In this document: piece by piece, positions 45,596 through 59,200 of the stretch
Layout: every line of letters starts with the position of its first letter
Numbering within the stretch: position 1 is the first letter of the stretch
Assembly: GCF_036321535.1 (NCBI RefSeq)
Contig: NC_087437.1
Span: forward strand, 122,266,001-122,330,000
Length of the DNA: 64,000 nt
Direction: 5' to 3'
Source of the DNA: Camelus dromedarius
Taxonomy: Eukaryota
Notes under the pieces: generated by a model
The model's input: only the letters and a program-made list of their open reading frames with translations
What the model was told of the DNA's origin: nothing
Database searches by the model: none
Program-made: the position numbers and the translations under genes

Positions 45596-48500
45596 AGTGT
45601 CAAGATGGCTGAGTAGAAGGATGCTCGTACCTTACCCTCTCCCACCAATACACCAAGACTGACATCCACAGACCCACCCATCCAATCAGAACACCTGCTG
45701 AACTTTGACAGAACATTGCCTTCTTCAAAAGACAAAATATGCCACTAATCTGATAGGACAAAAGTGAAAAAGAAGAAAAAGGAAAATAGTGCAGGACTGG
45801 TCCCATGGGGAGGGAGCGGCAAAGGAAGAATAGCTCTCATTCCCTGGGTCTCCCCTTCTCCAATGAAGAGTCAGCAGGATGGAGGGGGAATCTCCTAGGC
45901 TTGGATCTGTACAGAATAGCCCTTGACTGACAGAACTAAGTTAAACAGGCACTAAGGATCCCCACGGCTCCCAGCCCTAGATGCGAACTGGCAGGTGTGG
46001 GAGGAGATAGACTCTGCTCGAGCCTGGCGGAGGACTCCAGCAGTCTGTACAGAGGCAACCTTGGGGGACTGCAGTGTGCTGTGCGCCACTGCTGGGAGGG
46101 TATACAGATCAGAACAACCTGGGTCCCTCATAAAATATGAAAGAAAAAAAAAGTAAAGTGACATTGCTGGTGTGCTTGTGAGGGGAGGGGTACTAAAGCC
46201 TTTGTCTCTTCAGACCTATGGCACGATTACTGGCGTGTTCTCGGGAGAAAAGAGGCGGAGCTCAGCTACAGCAACCATATCCTCTGGTGCGTGCCACCCA
46301 GGCAGAGGGGTTGAAACCTGAATGTAGGGGCTCCTGTACCTAGGGGGGGTCTGCAACTTCATAGGCTGGACTGATTTGTTTATAGCCCCAGGCAGATAGG
46401 AATGTTCTGCCCCGGTGCCTCTGTGAACTCATGCCTCTAAGACAAATGAACAAGGAGCAGAGTTCTGGCACAGAGCAAGGGCAAGGGCTGGTGCAGCCAT
46501 TTTCTGAGTCCACCTATGAAGCACGGACCTGACATGGTGCAGGGAGCTGCTTGGAGCGGGGGAGCAACCCACCTGCCTACCATGCACTAGTTCAGCAAAG
46601 GGAGATGTGACCCACCTCCCTACCAACACTGGGAGCAGCACAGACCAGGGGCACAACCAGAGGGCCTCTGGGACCAGTGAGTGAAGTTCTCACAGCAGGG
46701 AAAAGGCAGGATCGGCAACAACCACAAAACACAAAGGAGGCCCTGTTCAATAGCCAGGGCAGGCTCTGGCTACCAGATCACCAGCTACACCCCCAACCAA
46801 AGGGATAACAGGCAAAAGGCAGGGAAGGAAGACTTGGCAACCACCCAAACTTAAGAAGGACCCCTCAACAAAATGATTAAGAGTGAACAATCTCCATGGG
46901 AATACATCCACTTTTTTTCTTTTCTTTTTTCTTTAACTTTTTAAATTTTTACTTTTAAAATTTTTTTTCTATTTTTTAATCCCTTTAAATTTTTTTTTAA
47001 AATATTTTTATTATTCTTTTGTCTCAATTTGATCTTTATTTTTGTTTTGTTCTTCTGTTACTGTTTACACTGTTTTCACGTTTTTTTCCTCCTTTAAGTT
47101 TTATAAAATTTGCTCTCAACTCGATTTTTATTTCTCTTCAATTTGTTCTTCTGTTATACATTATATTGTTTTTAAATATTTTTTTTCTTTAAATTTATTT
47201 TTTTAGTTTTATTTCTGCATCCACTTTAGATAAATAAATAAATAAACCCCTTAAGGACCACAGTAGATAACTGATACTCCATAAGCCATAGTATCAGAGA
47301 GATGTAAGTAAAATGAAGAAGCAGAGGAGCCACTCCCAATTAAAAGAACAAGAGAAATTCCCTGAAAGAATGATCAATTAAATAGACCTTGATAGCCTAC
47401 TAGATCATGATTTCAAAAAAGCAGTGATCAAAATACTGAAGGAACTAAAAGAGACTGTATATAGAGACAGAGAATATGTCAAAAAGGAAATTGAAACTAT
47501 AAAGAGTACCAATTAAAATTGGAAAACTTATTTGCTGAGATGAGAGCTGAGCTAAAGGCTGTAAAAAGTAGGCTAGATAATGCAGAGGAACAAATAAGTG
47601 ACTTAGAAGACAGGACAACAGAAATCACCCAATCAGAACAGCTGAGAGGAAAACAAAAACCAATGAAAACAATATAAGGGACCTATGGGGTAATATAAAG
47701 CGTGCCAACCTAGGCATAATAGGGGTCCCAAAAGGATAAGAAAGAGCCAAATGGGATTGAAAAGGTATTTGAAGAAATCATGACTGAAAACTTCCCAAAC
47801 CTAAAGAAGGAATCAGATATCCATGTACAGGAATCACAGAGGGTCCCAAACAAGAAGAACCCAAACAAACCCACACCAAGACATATTATAATCAGGATTG
47901 CCAGAGTTAAGGATAAAGAAATGATTCTAAAGGCAGCAAGAGAAAAACAAAGACTTAATTACAAAAGAACCCTCATAAGGCTTTCAGGTGATTTCTCTAC
48001 ACAAATACTGCAGGCCAGAAGGGAGTGGCAAGATATATTCAAAGTCCTGAATGAAAAAAAAGATGCAACCTAGGATACTTTATCCAGCAAGGCTATCCTT
48101 TAGAATAGAAGGAGAGATAAAGAATTTCACAAAGAAAAACTAGAAGAATTTAGCAACACTAAACCTATGCTAAAAGAAATATTGAAAGTTCTACTCTAAA
48201 CAGAAAAGAAGCAGGATGCTACAGAAAGGAGAAAACCATGATTGGAAAGGTGATGACTACAATAAATTACAACAGAATAAACACGAAATTGTAAAAGAGG
48301 ACATCGAAATCATTAAGGGTGGGAGAGGGGAGCAAGAAAATATAATGGAGTTTTTTCTTTTCTTTTTTTCTTTTTTCTTTTTGTTCTTGGTAGGATGGGT
48401 TTGAGTTTATATTACTATCTGTTTAAAACAAACAGATATAGTAATGGGTTAATATATGTGCAAAACAGGGTAACCACAAACCGAAAGCTTACAATACAGT

Positions 48501-51500
48501 TACAAGCACTAAAAAGAAACCAAGATAATACAAAGGAAAATTATGAAGCCACAAAAAGAAAACGAAAGGAACAAAGAAGAAATACCAAATCAACTGCAAA
48601 ACCAAGTTCAAAATGAAAATTAACACACATCTATCAATAGTTACTGTAAATGCCAATGAACTAAATGCTCCAATCAAAAGACATAGAGTGGAAGACTGGA
48701 TAATAAAACAAGAACCTACAATGTGCTGCATACAAGAAACCCACTTTAGGAAGAAGGACACACACAGATTTACAGTAAGATGATGGAAAAAGATATTCCA
48801 CACAAATGGAAATGACAAGAAAGCAGGAGTAGCAATACTGATTTCAGACAAAATAGACTTTAAAATATAGGCCATAAAGAAAGAGAAAGAAGGCCTTTAT
48901 AATGATTAAAGTAGCAATACAAGATGAGGCTATTACACTCATTAACATATGCACCCAATATAGGAGCAGCTAAACAAATACATAAAGCAAATACTAACAG
49001 ATATAAAGGGAGAAATTGATGGGAATACAATCATTGTAGGAGACTTTTAACACCCCATTAACATCGCTGGACAGATCTTCCAGACAGAAAATTAATAAGG
49101 CAACAGAGAAATTAAATGATACAATAGAACAATTAGATTTGGTTGATATTTTCATAACACTACATCCTCCCACAATAGAATATACATTTTTTTCAAGTGC
49201 ACATGGAATATTTTCTAGGATAGATCACGTAGTCAGGCACAAGAGAAGCCTCAACAATTTTAAGAAGATAGAAATTATTTCATTTTTTCTGACCACAATG
49301 CCATGAAACTAGAAATCAAGTATAGAAAAACAAAGGAGAAAAAAATGACAGCATGGAGATTAAACAACATGCTACTAGAAACCAATGAGTCAATGATGAA
49401 ATCAAAGAAATTAAAAAATACTTTGAGACAAATGACAATGAAAACACAACCACACAGAGTCTATGGGGTGCAGCAAAGGCAGTGCTAAGGAAGTTTATAG
49501 TGATACACGCTTTCCTCAAAAAAGAACAATCTCAAATAAACAATCTAACCTACCAGCTAAAAGAATTAGAAAAAGAGGAGCCAAAAAAAAAAAAAAAAAA
49601 AAAAGTCGTCAGCAGAAGGAAGGAAATAATAAAGATCAGGGAGGAAATAAGTAAAATAGAAAGTAAAAAAAACAATAGAAAAAAAATCAATCAAACCAAG
49701 AGCTGGTTTTTTGAAAGAGTAAACAAAATTGAGAAACCTCTGGCCAAGCCCACAAGGAAGAGAAAAGAGAGAGCAAAAATAAACAAAATAAGAAAGGAAA
49801 ATGGATTTCCAGTCAAGATGCTGGAGTGGTAGGATGACGAGCTTGCCTCTCCTTGTGACTACAATAAAACCACAACTGAATGCTAAACAACCATCGAAAA
49901 AAGACTGGAACCTAGCAAAAAACATCTTTGCAACTGGAAACAAAAAGGGAACCACAGCAGGACGGTAGGAGGGGCATGCTTGCGATATAATTGGGCCACA
50001 TACCCCTCAGGTGGGCAAGCCACAAGCTGAAGATTTGTTAAGTCGCAGAGGCCCTTCCACAGGAGAGCTGTAAGCTCCACGTCAGGCTCCCAAACCCGGG
50101 TTCCAGCATTGGGAAGAGGAGACCCCCAGGACATCTGGTTTTGAAGGCCAGGGGGGCTTGGCTCTGGGAGCCTCACGGGACTGGGGGAAATGGAGACTCC
50201 ATTTGCTTGGGAAACATACACAGAAACTCACGTGCACCAGGTCGAAGGGCAGAGGCAGTGATTTCATAGGAACCTGAGCCAGGCCTGCCTGCTGGATTTG
50301 GAGGGTCTCTTGGGGATGTGGGGGATGGCTGCAGCTCACTCAGGGGACATAAAAGCTGGTGGTGGACATTCCGGGAGTGTTAATCTACATGAACTTTCCT
50401 GGAGGCTGACATCTTGATTGGATCATCAGCACCAAGACCTAGCCCCATCCAACAGCCTATAGGGAAGCCTCAGGCCAAACAACATACAGGGTGGGAACAC
50501 AGCCCCACCCATCAGCAGACTTCCCAAGCCACAGAGGCCTCTAGACACGGCCCTACCCACCAGAGGCCCAGGACCCAGCTTCAGCCAGCAGTGGGCAGGC
50601 ACTGGTTCCTCCTGTCAGGAAACCTGCATAAGCCTCTAGTCCAGCCTCATCCACCAGGGGCAGATACTAGAAATAAGAAAACAATAATCCCAAAGCCTGT
50701 GGAAGGAAATCCACAAATACACAGAAAGATAGACAATATGAGGTGGCAAAGGAATATCTCGCAGGCCAAGGCACAAGATAAAATCCCAGAAGAAGAAATA
50801 AGTGATCAGGAGATAGGTAATTTATCTGAGAAAGAGTTTAATGATTTAAAGTTTAATGATGGCCAAGATGTTCAGAGAACTCAAGAGGAGTATAGATGCA
50901 CAAAGTTTTAGCAAAGAGTTGGAAAATAAAAAGAATACCCAGAGTTGAAGAATAAAATCACTGAAATGGACAATACACCAGAAGGAACCAAGAATAGACT
51001 AAATGAAGCAGAAGAACAGATCAGTGAGCTAGAAGACAGATTAGTGGAAATCACTACTTCAGAACAGAAAAAAGAAAAAAGAATAAAAAGAAATGAAGTT
51101 AACTCTGGGACAACATGAAGCACACTAATATTCGTATTATAGATGTTCCAGGAAGAAAAGAGAGAGAGAAAGGACCTGAGAAAATTTTTGGAGAGATAAT
51201 CACTGGAAAATTCCCCAACTTGGGAAAGGTAACAGTCACCCAAGTCCAGGACGCGTAGAGAGTTCCACACAGGATCAACCCAAAGAGGAACATACCAAAG
51301 CACACAGTCATCAAATTGACAACAATTAAGGATAAGGAGAAAATATTTAAAATTAGCAAGAGAAAAGCAACGAACAACATACAAGGGAACTCCCACAAGG
51401 TTATCAGCTGAGTTTTCAGCAGAAACTCTGCAGGCCAGAAGGGAGTGGCACGGTATATTTAAAGTGATGAAAGGGGGAAACCTACAGCCAAGAACACTCT

Positions 51501-52070
51501 GTCCAGCAAGGCTCTCCTTCAGACTTGAGGGAGAAATCAAAAGCTTCACAGATAAACAAAAGCTACAAGATTTCAGCACCACCAAGCCAGCTTTACAACA
51601 AATGTTGAAGGACCTTCTCTAAGTCATCAAACCACAAGAAAAGAGAACAGAAAGAAGAAAGAGAAAAAAAGAGATCAACATAAGATTGCTTTGGCTGTTG
51701 GGGGTCTTTTGTGGTTCCTTATAAATTCTGGAATTGTTCGTTCTAGTTCTGCAAGGAGTGTCGTGAGTATTTTGGTGGGGGTTGTGTTGGATCTGTGGAT
51801 TGCTTTGGGTAGTGTGGCCATTTTGATAGTATTGATTCTTCCAATCCAAGAGCACAAGAAAGCTTTCCATTTCTTTGTGTCATTTCCGTTTTCGGAGTAT
51901 AGGTAGCCTCCTTGTTTAAGTTTATATCTACACATTTTGTTGTTTTTGATGTAATGGAAATGTCTCTGTGAGTTATAAAATTCTGCTTTTTGAAGTGAAA
52001 AAAAAAAAGTGAATGAAGGGCCACGAATGGCAAAATATCTTTCTTTTTTATGAGTGAGTTGTATTCCATT

Positions 52071-52110
<40 letters not shown>

Positions 52111-55100
52111 TCTGCATCTTCATTATCTATTCAACAATTGATGTGCACTTAGGATGCTTCCATATCTTGGCAATTATAAATAGTTAATAATTAATAGTTG
52201 TTAATAGGGTGTGTGTATCTTTTTGAATTAATTCTTATTTTGTGGTTGGCTTTATTCCTTTGATAACTATGTAAGTTTAAAAAGCTAAAGCTCTAAAGTT
52301 TCTTAGAAACAATGAACAGTACATATATATAAATTTAAAAATATATGTGCAGTTAAAAAAAAAGATCTAGCAAGCCATGAAAGACATGGAAGAAACTTAA
52401 AAGACATATTACTAAATGAAAGAAGCCAGTCTGGAAAGGCTACAAACTGTACAATTCCAGCCAAATGACATTCTGGAAAAGGCACAGCTACAGAAACAAT
52501 AAAAAGATCGTGGTTTCCAAGGGTTTGGGGAGATGGAGGGAGGCAGGAATGAACAGATGGGGCACAGGGGATTTTTAGGGCAATGAAATTATTGTTTGAT
52601 ACTATAGTAGTGGATACATGTCATTATGCATTTGTCAAAAGCCATAGAATGTACAACATCAAGAGTGAACCCTAATGTAAACTATGGACTTTGGTTGATA
52701 ATAATGTGCCCATGTTGGTTCATCAACTGTACCAAATATGCCACACTGATGAGGGATATTGAGGGAAGGGCAGTACATATGTGTGGGTAGGGAGGGTTAT
52801 GGGTGAACTCTCTGTATTTTCAACTCAGTTCTGCTGTGAACCTGAAACTGATCTAGAAGAATAGTCTATTTTTAAAAAAAGAAAGGAAAATGAAGAAGTT
52901 ATAACCAATACCACAGAAATACAAATTATCATATGAGAATACTATCAACAACTATATGAAAACAAAACGGATAACCTAGAAGAAATGGACAAGTTTCTGG
53001 AAACATACAGTCCACCAAGACTAAATCAAGAAGAAACTGACCACATGAACAAACCAATCACTAGAAATGAAATCAAATTAGCAGTAAAACACCTCCCTAC
53101 AAACAAAAAGTCCAGGACCGAATGGCTTCACTGGGGAATTCTTTCAAGCATACAAAGCATACATCATACCAGTCCTTCTCAAATTCTTCCAGAAGACTGA
53201 AAAGGAGGGAGTACTCAGAAACTCATTCTATGAAACCACCATCACCCTGATACCAAAATCAGACAAAGACACTACCAAAAAAGAAAATTACAGACCAATA
53301 TCACCGATGAACACAGATGCAAAAATCCTCAACAAAATATTAGCAAACATAATCCAACAGCACATAAAAAAGATCATACACCATGATCAAGTTGGGTTCA
53401 TCCCAGGAACATGGGATGGTTCAACACATGCAAATCTATCAATGTAATACACCACATCAACAAGAGAAAGGACAAAAACCATATGATCAACTCAATAGAT
53501 GCAGAAAAAGCATCTGATAAAATTCAACACCCATTTATGATTTAAAAAACCCTCACCAAAGTGGGTATAGAGAGAACATATCTCAACATAATAAAAGCTA
53601 TCTATGACAAACCTACAGCCAGCATAGTACTCAACAGTGAAAAACTGAAAACCTTGCCACTAAAATCTGGGACAAGACAAGGTTGTCCACTCTCACCATT
53701 TCTATTCAACATAGTCTTGGAAGTCCTAGCCACAGCAATCCGGCAAGAAAAAGAAATAAAAGGGATCTAAATTGGAAAAGAAGAGGTGAAATTATCACTA
53801 TATGCAGATGATATGATATTATATATAGAAAACCCTAAAAGCTCCACGCAAAAACTACTAGAACTAGTAAAAAAAAATTCAGCAAGGTAGCAGGATACAA
53901 GATTGATGTATAAAAATCAGCTGCATTTCTATACACTAACAATGAATCAACAGGAAAAGAAAGCAAAGAAACAATCCATTTTAAAATAGCACCCAAAGTA
54001 ATAAAATAACTAGGAATAATTCTGACCAAGAAAGTGAAAGACTTATACATGCAGAACTACAAAAGATTACGGAAATTAAAGAAGACTTAAAAAAATGGAA
54101 AGATATCCCATGCTCCTGGATTGGAAGAATCAATATTGTTAAAATGCCCAAGACAATCTACAGATTTAATGTGATCCCTATCAAATTACCCAGGACATAT
54201 TTCACAGAACTAGATCAAATCACAATTTCTTTATATGGAACCACAAAAGACCAGAGTTGCCAAAGCATTACTGAGGAAGAAGAAAGAGGCTTGAGGAATA
54301 ACCCTCCCAGACTTCAGACAATACTACAGAGCTACAGTAATCAAAACAGCATGGTATTGGTATAAAAACAAACATATTGATCAATGGAACAGAATACACG
54401 AGCCCAGAAATGAACTCACAAACTTCTGGTCAATTCATCTTTGACAAAGGAGGCAGGAAGATACAATGGAATAAAGACAGTCTCTTCAGCAAATGGTGTT
54501 AGGAAAACTGGACAGCAGCATGTAAATCAATGAAGTTAGAATACTCCCTCACACCATACACAAAAATAAACTCAAAATGGATCAAAGACTTAAACATAAG
54601 ACAAGATACAATAAATCTCCTAGAGGAAAATATAGGCAAAACATTATCTGACATACATCTCAAAAATTTTCTCCTAGAAGAAATAAAAGCAAGAATAAAC
54701 AAATGGGACCTAATGAAACTTTACAAGCTTCTGCACAGCAAAGGAAACCATAAGCAAAACAAAAAGACAACCTATAGAATGGGAGAAAATATTTGCAAAA
54801 GATGAGACTGACAAGGGCTTGATCTCCAGAATATATAAACAGCTTATACCACTTAATAAGAAAAAAACAAACCCAATTCAAAAATGGGTAGAAGACCTAA
54901 ATGAGCAATTCTCCAGTGAAGACATACAAATGGCCAATAGGCACATGAAAAAATGCTCAATATCACTAATTATCAGAGAAGTGCAAAATAAAACTACAAT
55001 GAGGTATCACCTCACACCAGTCAGAATGACCATCATTCAGAAGTCGACAAATGATAAATGCTGGAGAGAATGTGGAGAAAAGGGAACCCTCTTACCCTGC

Positions 55101-55835
55101 TGGCAGGAAGGCAGTTTAGTGCAGCCATTATGGAGAACAGTATGGAGATTCCTCAAAAGACTAAAAATAGATACCATATGACCCAGCAATCCCACTTCTG
55201 GGCATATATTCAGAAGGAACCCTAATTCAAAAAGACACCTGCACCCCAATGTTCATAGCAGCACTATCTCCAATAGCCAAGACATGGAAACAACCTAAAT
55301 GTCCATCAACAGATGACTGGACAAAAAGTTATTGTATATTTATACAATGGAATACTACTCAGCCATAAAAATGACAACATAATGCCATTTGCAGCAACAT
55401 GGATGTCCCTGGAGAATGTCATTCTAAGTGAAGCCAGAAAGAAAAAGAAAAATACCATATGAGATCGCTAATATGTGGAATCTAAAAAATAAATAAATAA
55501 ATAAGATGACAAATGAACTTATATAAAAAACAAAACAAAACAGATACACTCACAGACATAGAATACAGACTTGTGGTTGCCGGGGGAGAGGGGGGTGGGA
55601 AGGGATAAACTGGGAGTTCAAGATTTGCAGATACTGACAGGTATATATAAAACAGATAAACAAGTTTACACTGTATAGCACAGGGAAATATATTCAGTAT
55701 CTTGTAGTAGCTCGCAGTGAAAACGAATTTGAAAATGAATATATGTATATTCATGTATGACTGAAGGATTGTGCTGTACACCAGAAACTGACAACACTGT
55801 AAACTGACTATAACTCAAAAATAAATAAATAAATG
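45596..55835 (+). mobile_element. Full-length, degenerate lineage-specific LINE-1: 5'UTR, ORF1 ~47313-48199, ORF2 from 48613 interrupted at 49803/52879, 3'UTR, (AAAT)n tail
   Basis: caagatggc 5' start; ORF1 MTENFPNL..TPRHIII..ARREW; endonuclease region (ICCIQETH-like); RT motifs [10 protein letters not shown] and YADD at 53801-53812; CCHC region; many stops and frameshifts. Confidence 0.93.
49804..52878 (+). mobile_element. Nested composite retroposon (HAL1-like): second L1 5'UTR + ORF1 (50738-51622), inverted ORF2 and ORF2-end fragments, old L1MC-like 3' end
   Basis: Flanked by a 14-bp duplication AAGAAAGGAAAATG (49790-49803 and 52879-52892); host ORF2 rejoins in register once it is removed. 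Confidence 0.8.
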
Positions 55836-55973
55836 TTACACACAGAAACACGAGTTGGCAGACATCAGTCAGAAGAGGTCATGACAACAGGTAAGAGTAT
55901 CAAAGACATTACACAGGATGAAACAGCCTTTCATTCTGGAAACTGAGGAAGACCTCACTAGATATTCCAGTGG

Positions 55974-55979
55974 TTTATT
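55974..55979 (-). terminator. MCM3AP polyA signal AATAAA
   Basis: tttatt on + strand, ~107 nt after the stop. Confidence 0.75.
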
Positions 55980-56086
55980 TTGCATGATTAATAATCGTAT
56001 TTCCAACATGCATCAAGCATCTGAGAATAACATTATTTTGAGTAAAAGAAAATCTTCTGGAGAGACCCTCCCTCTCTCACAGCAGC

Positions 56087-56245
56087 TCAAATGTCCACCA
56101 TATCCAGCAGTGCCGAGAGATGGAGCTCAGAGGCAACTTCCTCTTCCCTTGAACTCCGGATCAGCCCTTCTAGGTGCTTCAGCCGTTCAGTCAGAGATGT
56201 GCCTGTTACCTCTGACAACTGCAGTTGCTCCCCTGTCCTTTTATT
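56087..56245 (-). CDS. MCM3AP: MCM3AP last exon coding part ([12 protein letters not shown]...LLDMVDI*)
   Basis: aaatag acceptor; TGA at 56089-56087; 159 nt. Confidence 0.96.
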   Translation of the reverse strand, partial: NKRTGEQLQLSEVTGTSLTERLKHLEGLIRSSREEEVASELHLSALLDMVDI

Positions 56246-59200
56246 CTATTTGAACAAAAGAGAAACTAAAAATAGTTTTGGGATATCCATAAACCAAGAT
56301 AAATTCTCTTTAAAGGCACTAAATCTGGCTCATGTCAGAAACCTCTGCTGGGACCTGCTGGGCTCAACAAACCCCTCTCTTGGCATCTATCATACATCCT
56401 GCCAGTGTCTTCCAGGACGTATACGTACAGCTGGTATCATCTGCACATGGAATGCCTCTCTTCTGATTCTACCATGAACAACTTCCAGTCATTTTTGTAA
56501 AATATCATTCTCAAAGGCTAGGAACTATTACATCATATATATTGTAACTGCTGAACCAAACTTCCCTCTTTGGATATTTAGTTTCCACTTTCATGCATAA
56601 TTAACTCTACAGTGAACAAAAATACAGTAACTTTTGTCATATATAGTATTTTCTTTAGGGCAGAACTGTTAAGTCAAAGCATACAAATATTTTTAAGGTA
56701 TCTGCCCAACTAAGAATTGGAAACAGTATGTCATCTTAATGTGTTTTTCTCCCCAATGAAGGGCTTCCTAAAAGCCACTCCAGGAGCACACATTTGACCT
56801 GTCCAGAGCTGTACACGTACCTATGAGTGAAACTCTGCTTTTGCTTCTTTTACCAGTGAAAGAAGGGTGCTGAGGTAGAAAGACCTCGAGCTTTGGAGCC
56901 AGTCGGGTCTGGCTTTGAAAAGTAGCTTTGCCAATGACCCACTGAACACTCATGGGTGAGGCCCTTGACTTCAATAAGCGTACCCTCCTCACTCATTAAT
57001 TTTCCTCAGGGAAAGTTAACCCCAGAAAAGGAGAGATGTGTGATGCCCCAGCTTGGACAGTAGTGCTCCGGAAACTGGATTGCTGTGGTCACCTCTGTTA
57101 CTCTCCTCAGTGCTTTGCTGCGTGTCAGCACAGGACTATGGGTTTTGTTCAACTCTTAAACATGTTTCAATTCCGTTCTTCATTCATTTCATAAGCAGAA
57201 ACTCAGAATTCGTTGAGCCACCTTAACATTGACAGATTAAGTTAAAGAAAAAATCTAATTTAAGATAATAATTTATTGGTCATCATAGCATACGATGAAT
57301 CAAGACATGACATTTTCCCCAGCCATTCTCTCAGTCTTTAACTCGAATACAAATGCCAAATGCACTTTCTTCTCACCTGAGGGCTGGTGGTCGTAGACGC
57401 TCTCATCACAGGTTCAGCAGTCTGAGGCAGAGACACCAGAGTCTGAGGAAGGTAGAGCGGAAGGGACACCGAACCTGTAAATGCTCCTGAGTCTTCTGAC
57501 AAACACTGCTGAAGCTGATCTTCAAACCTGAAACATTTGAGCATTAGGAAGCAAAAATTTAACTATCACTCACTTTTCTCCTATGTATACTTTAAATTTT
57601 TAAAGCTTTGCTTTATACTAAGGATGGAACTAAGTTATGACATCAACTGAGAAGCAGAAATGTACTCTTAAAAAATTAATATCTTCTCTTTAACTTATAA
57701 ATCCTATTTATATTTAATGAGAAAGGTGGCATTTATCCAAAACAATTGCTTTTACATGTTACTTAACATTGCTTGTAATATTCTCATTTGGTTTATCTTC
57801 TCCAGCTTATTTTGGTATTGTGTGTCTATAATTAATTTGTGTCTCTTTGGATTATCCAAATGTATGGATTGATCTTTACAATTTAAAATTAACTCAAAGT
57901 AACATCTCACTGCCACCCCACACACTCCAGAGCTGTCCATTCCAAATACTAGTCTTTTCAAGAAAAACAATCTGATCCAAACTGCTTAAATGATACAGAC
58001 CTAGGAAAATCTACTTTTAGAAATCATGACACATTCATTCACTCTTCCAACATGTATTTATCAAGCCCCTACCAAACACTAGCGCCATTCTGCATACCAG
58101 GGATACAGCACTGAAAACAAAAACAGAAACAGACAAGGCCCAGCTGTAGGCAACTTACACTTTAGTGAGGGAGACAGACAAGGAACATACGACAAGGGAG
58201 ATGTCTGAAGACGAGAGAGACCAAGCAGACGTGGAGACAGGCGGGACTACAGGGACAATAAGGAAGTCCTCGCTGAGGAGATATGACTAGAGACCAGAAG
58301 TGGGTGCAAGGTGAGCCAAGGGGCTACTGGGGTGGCTGGGGAGTCCCAGGCAAAAGGAAAAGCTAATCCTAAGGCCTGCTTGGGCACCACCTGGCGGTTG
58401 GAGGGAGCAGAGATCAGAAAGGAAACGGGAGGTGGACCACACAGGGCCTTGCCCACTTGTGAGGATTCTGCCTTTGACCTGGTGAGAGTAAGCCACCGGG
58501 AGGTTGTGAGCAAAGGAGAACCACGACCTCTGCCTTACACTTGAAAGGCTTACACCAGTCTGCTGAGACTAGACTACAGACTACTGCAAAAATGGTCCAA
58601 TTCTGAATACATTTTGAATAGAGCCAACAGGGTTTGTGGGTGGACTGGAAGTAGAGGGATGGTCCCAAGGCATTTGGCCTGGGGAGCTGAAAGGGTGAAG
58701 CCACCATCAACTGAGAAGACCGCTGTAGGAGGGGCTGGTTGGGGGAAACTGGCAATCAGATTTGGGTATGTTAGCTCTGAGATGGCTGCCAGGCATCTTA
58801 ATAGATGTCTAATGACGATTTTAAGGGAGGACTAGGATACTGAGATCTGGGGTTCAGAAGTGATCTTAGGATCTGAGATATAAATTTGGGGTTGTCAGAA
58901 TATTGATGTTACTTAAAAATCCATCAAACTGGATGAAATCACTGGGGACTGGGTACAGATAACACACTTAGCCAAGGGAGGTGGGGGGTGGGAGAGGACA
59001 TGTGGGGCTGCTGGAGCCTCGGGTTCATGGTCAGTTCAGCTGCAGGTTGCAGTGACCCTGACCAGAGGAGATATGAGCAGCAGGGACGGGCTGCAGGAGA
59101 CTAGGAAAGAGGACCGAAGAAGTGAGAATCAGACTGTTTTTGAATTGACTATTGAGGGAGCAGAAACATGGGGGTGGTGACTACGGAGGGAGATGGGGCC

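Noticed and set aside
45596..55835. Active L1
   Set aside because: ORF1 and ORF2 carry many stops and frameshifts plus a 3-kb insertion.
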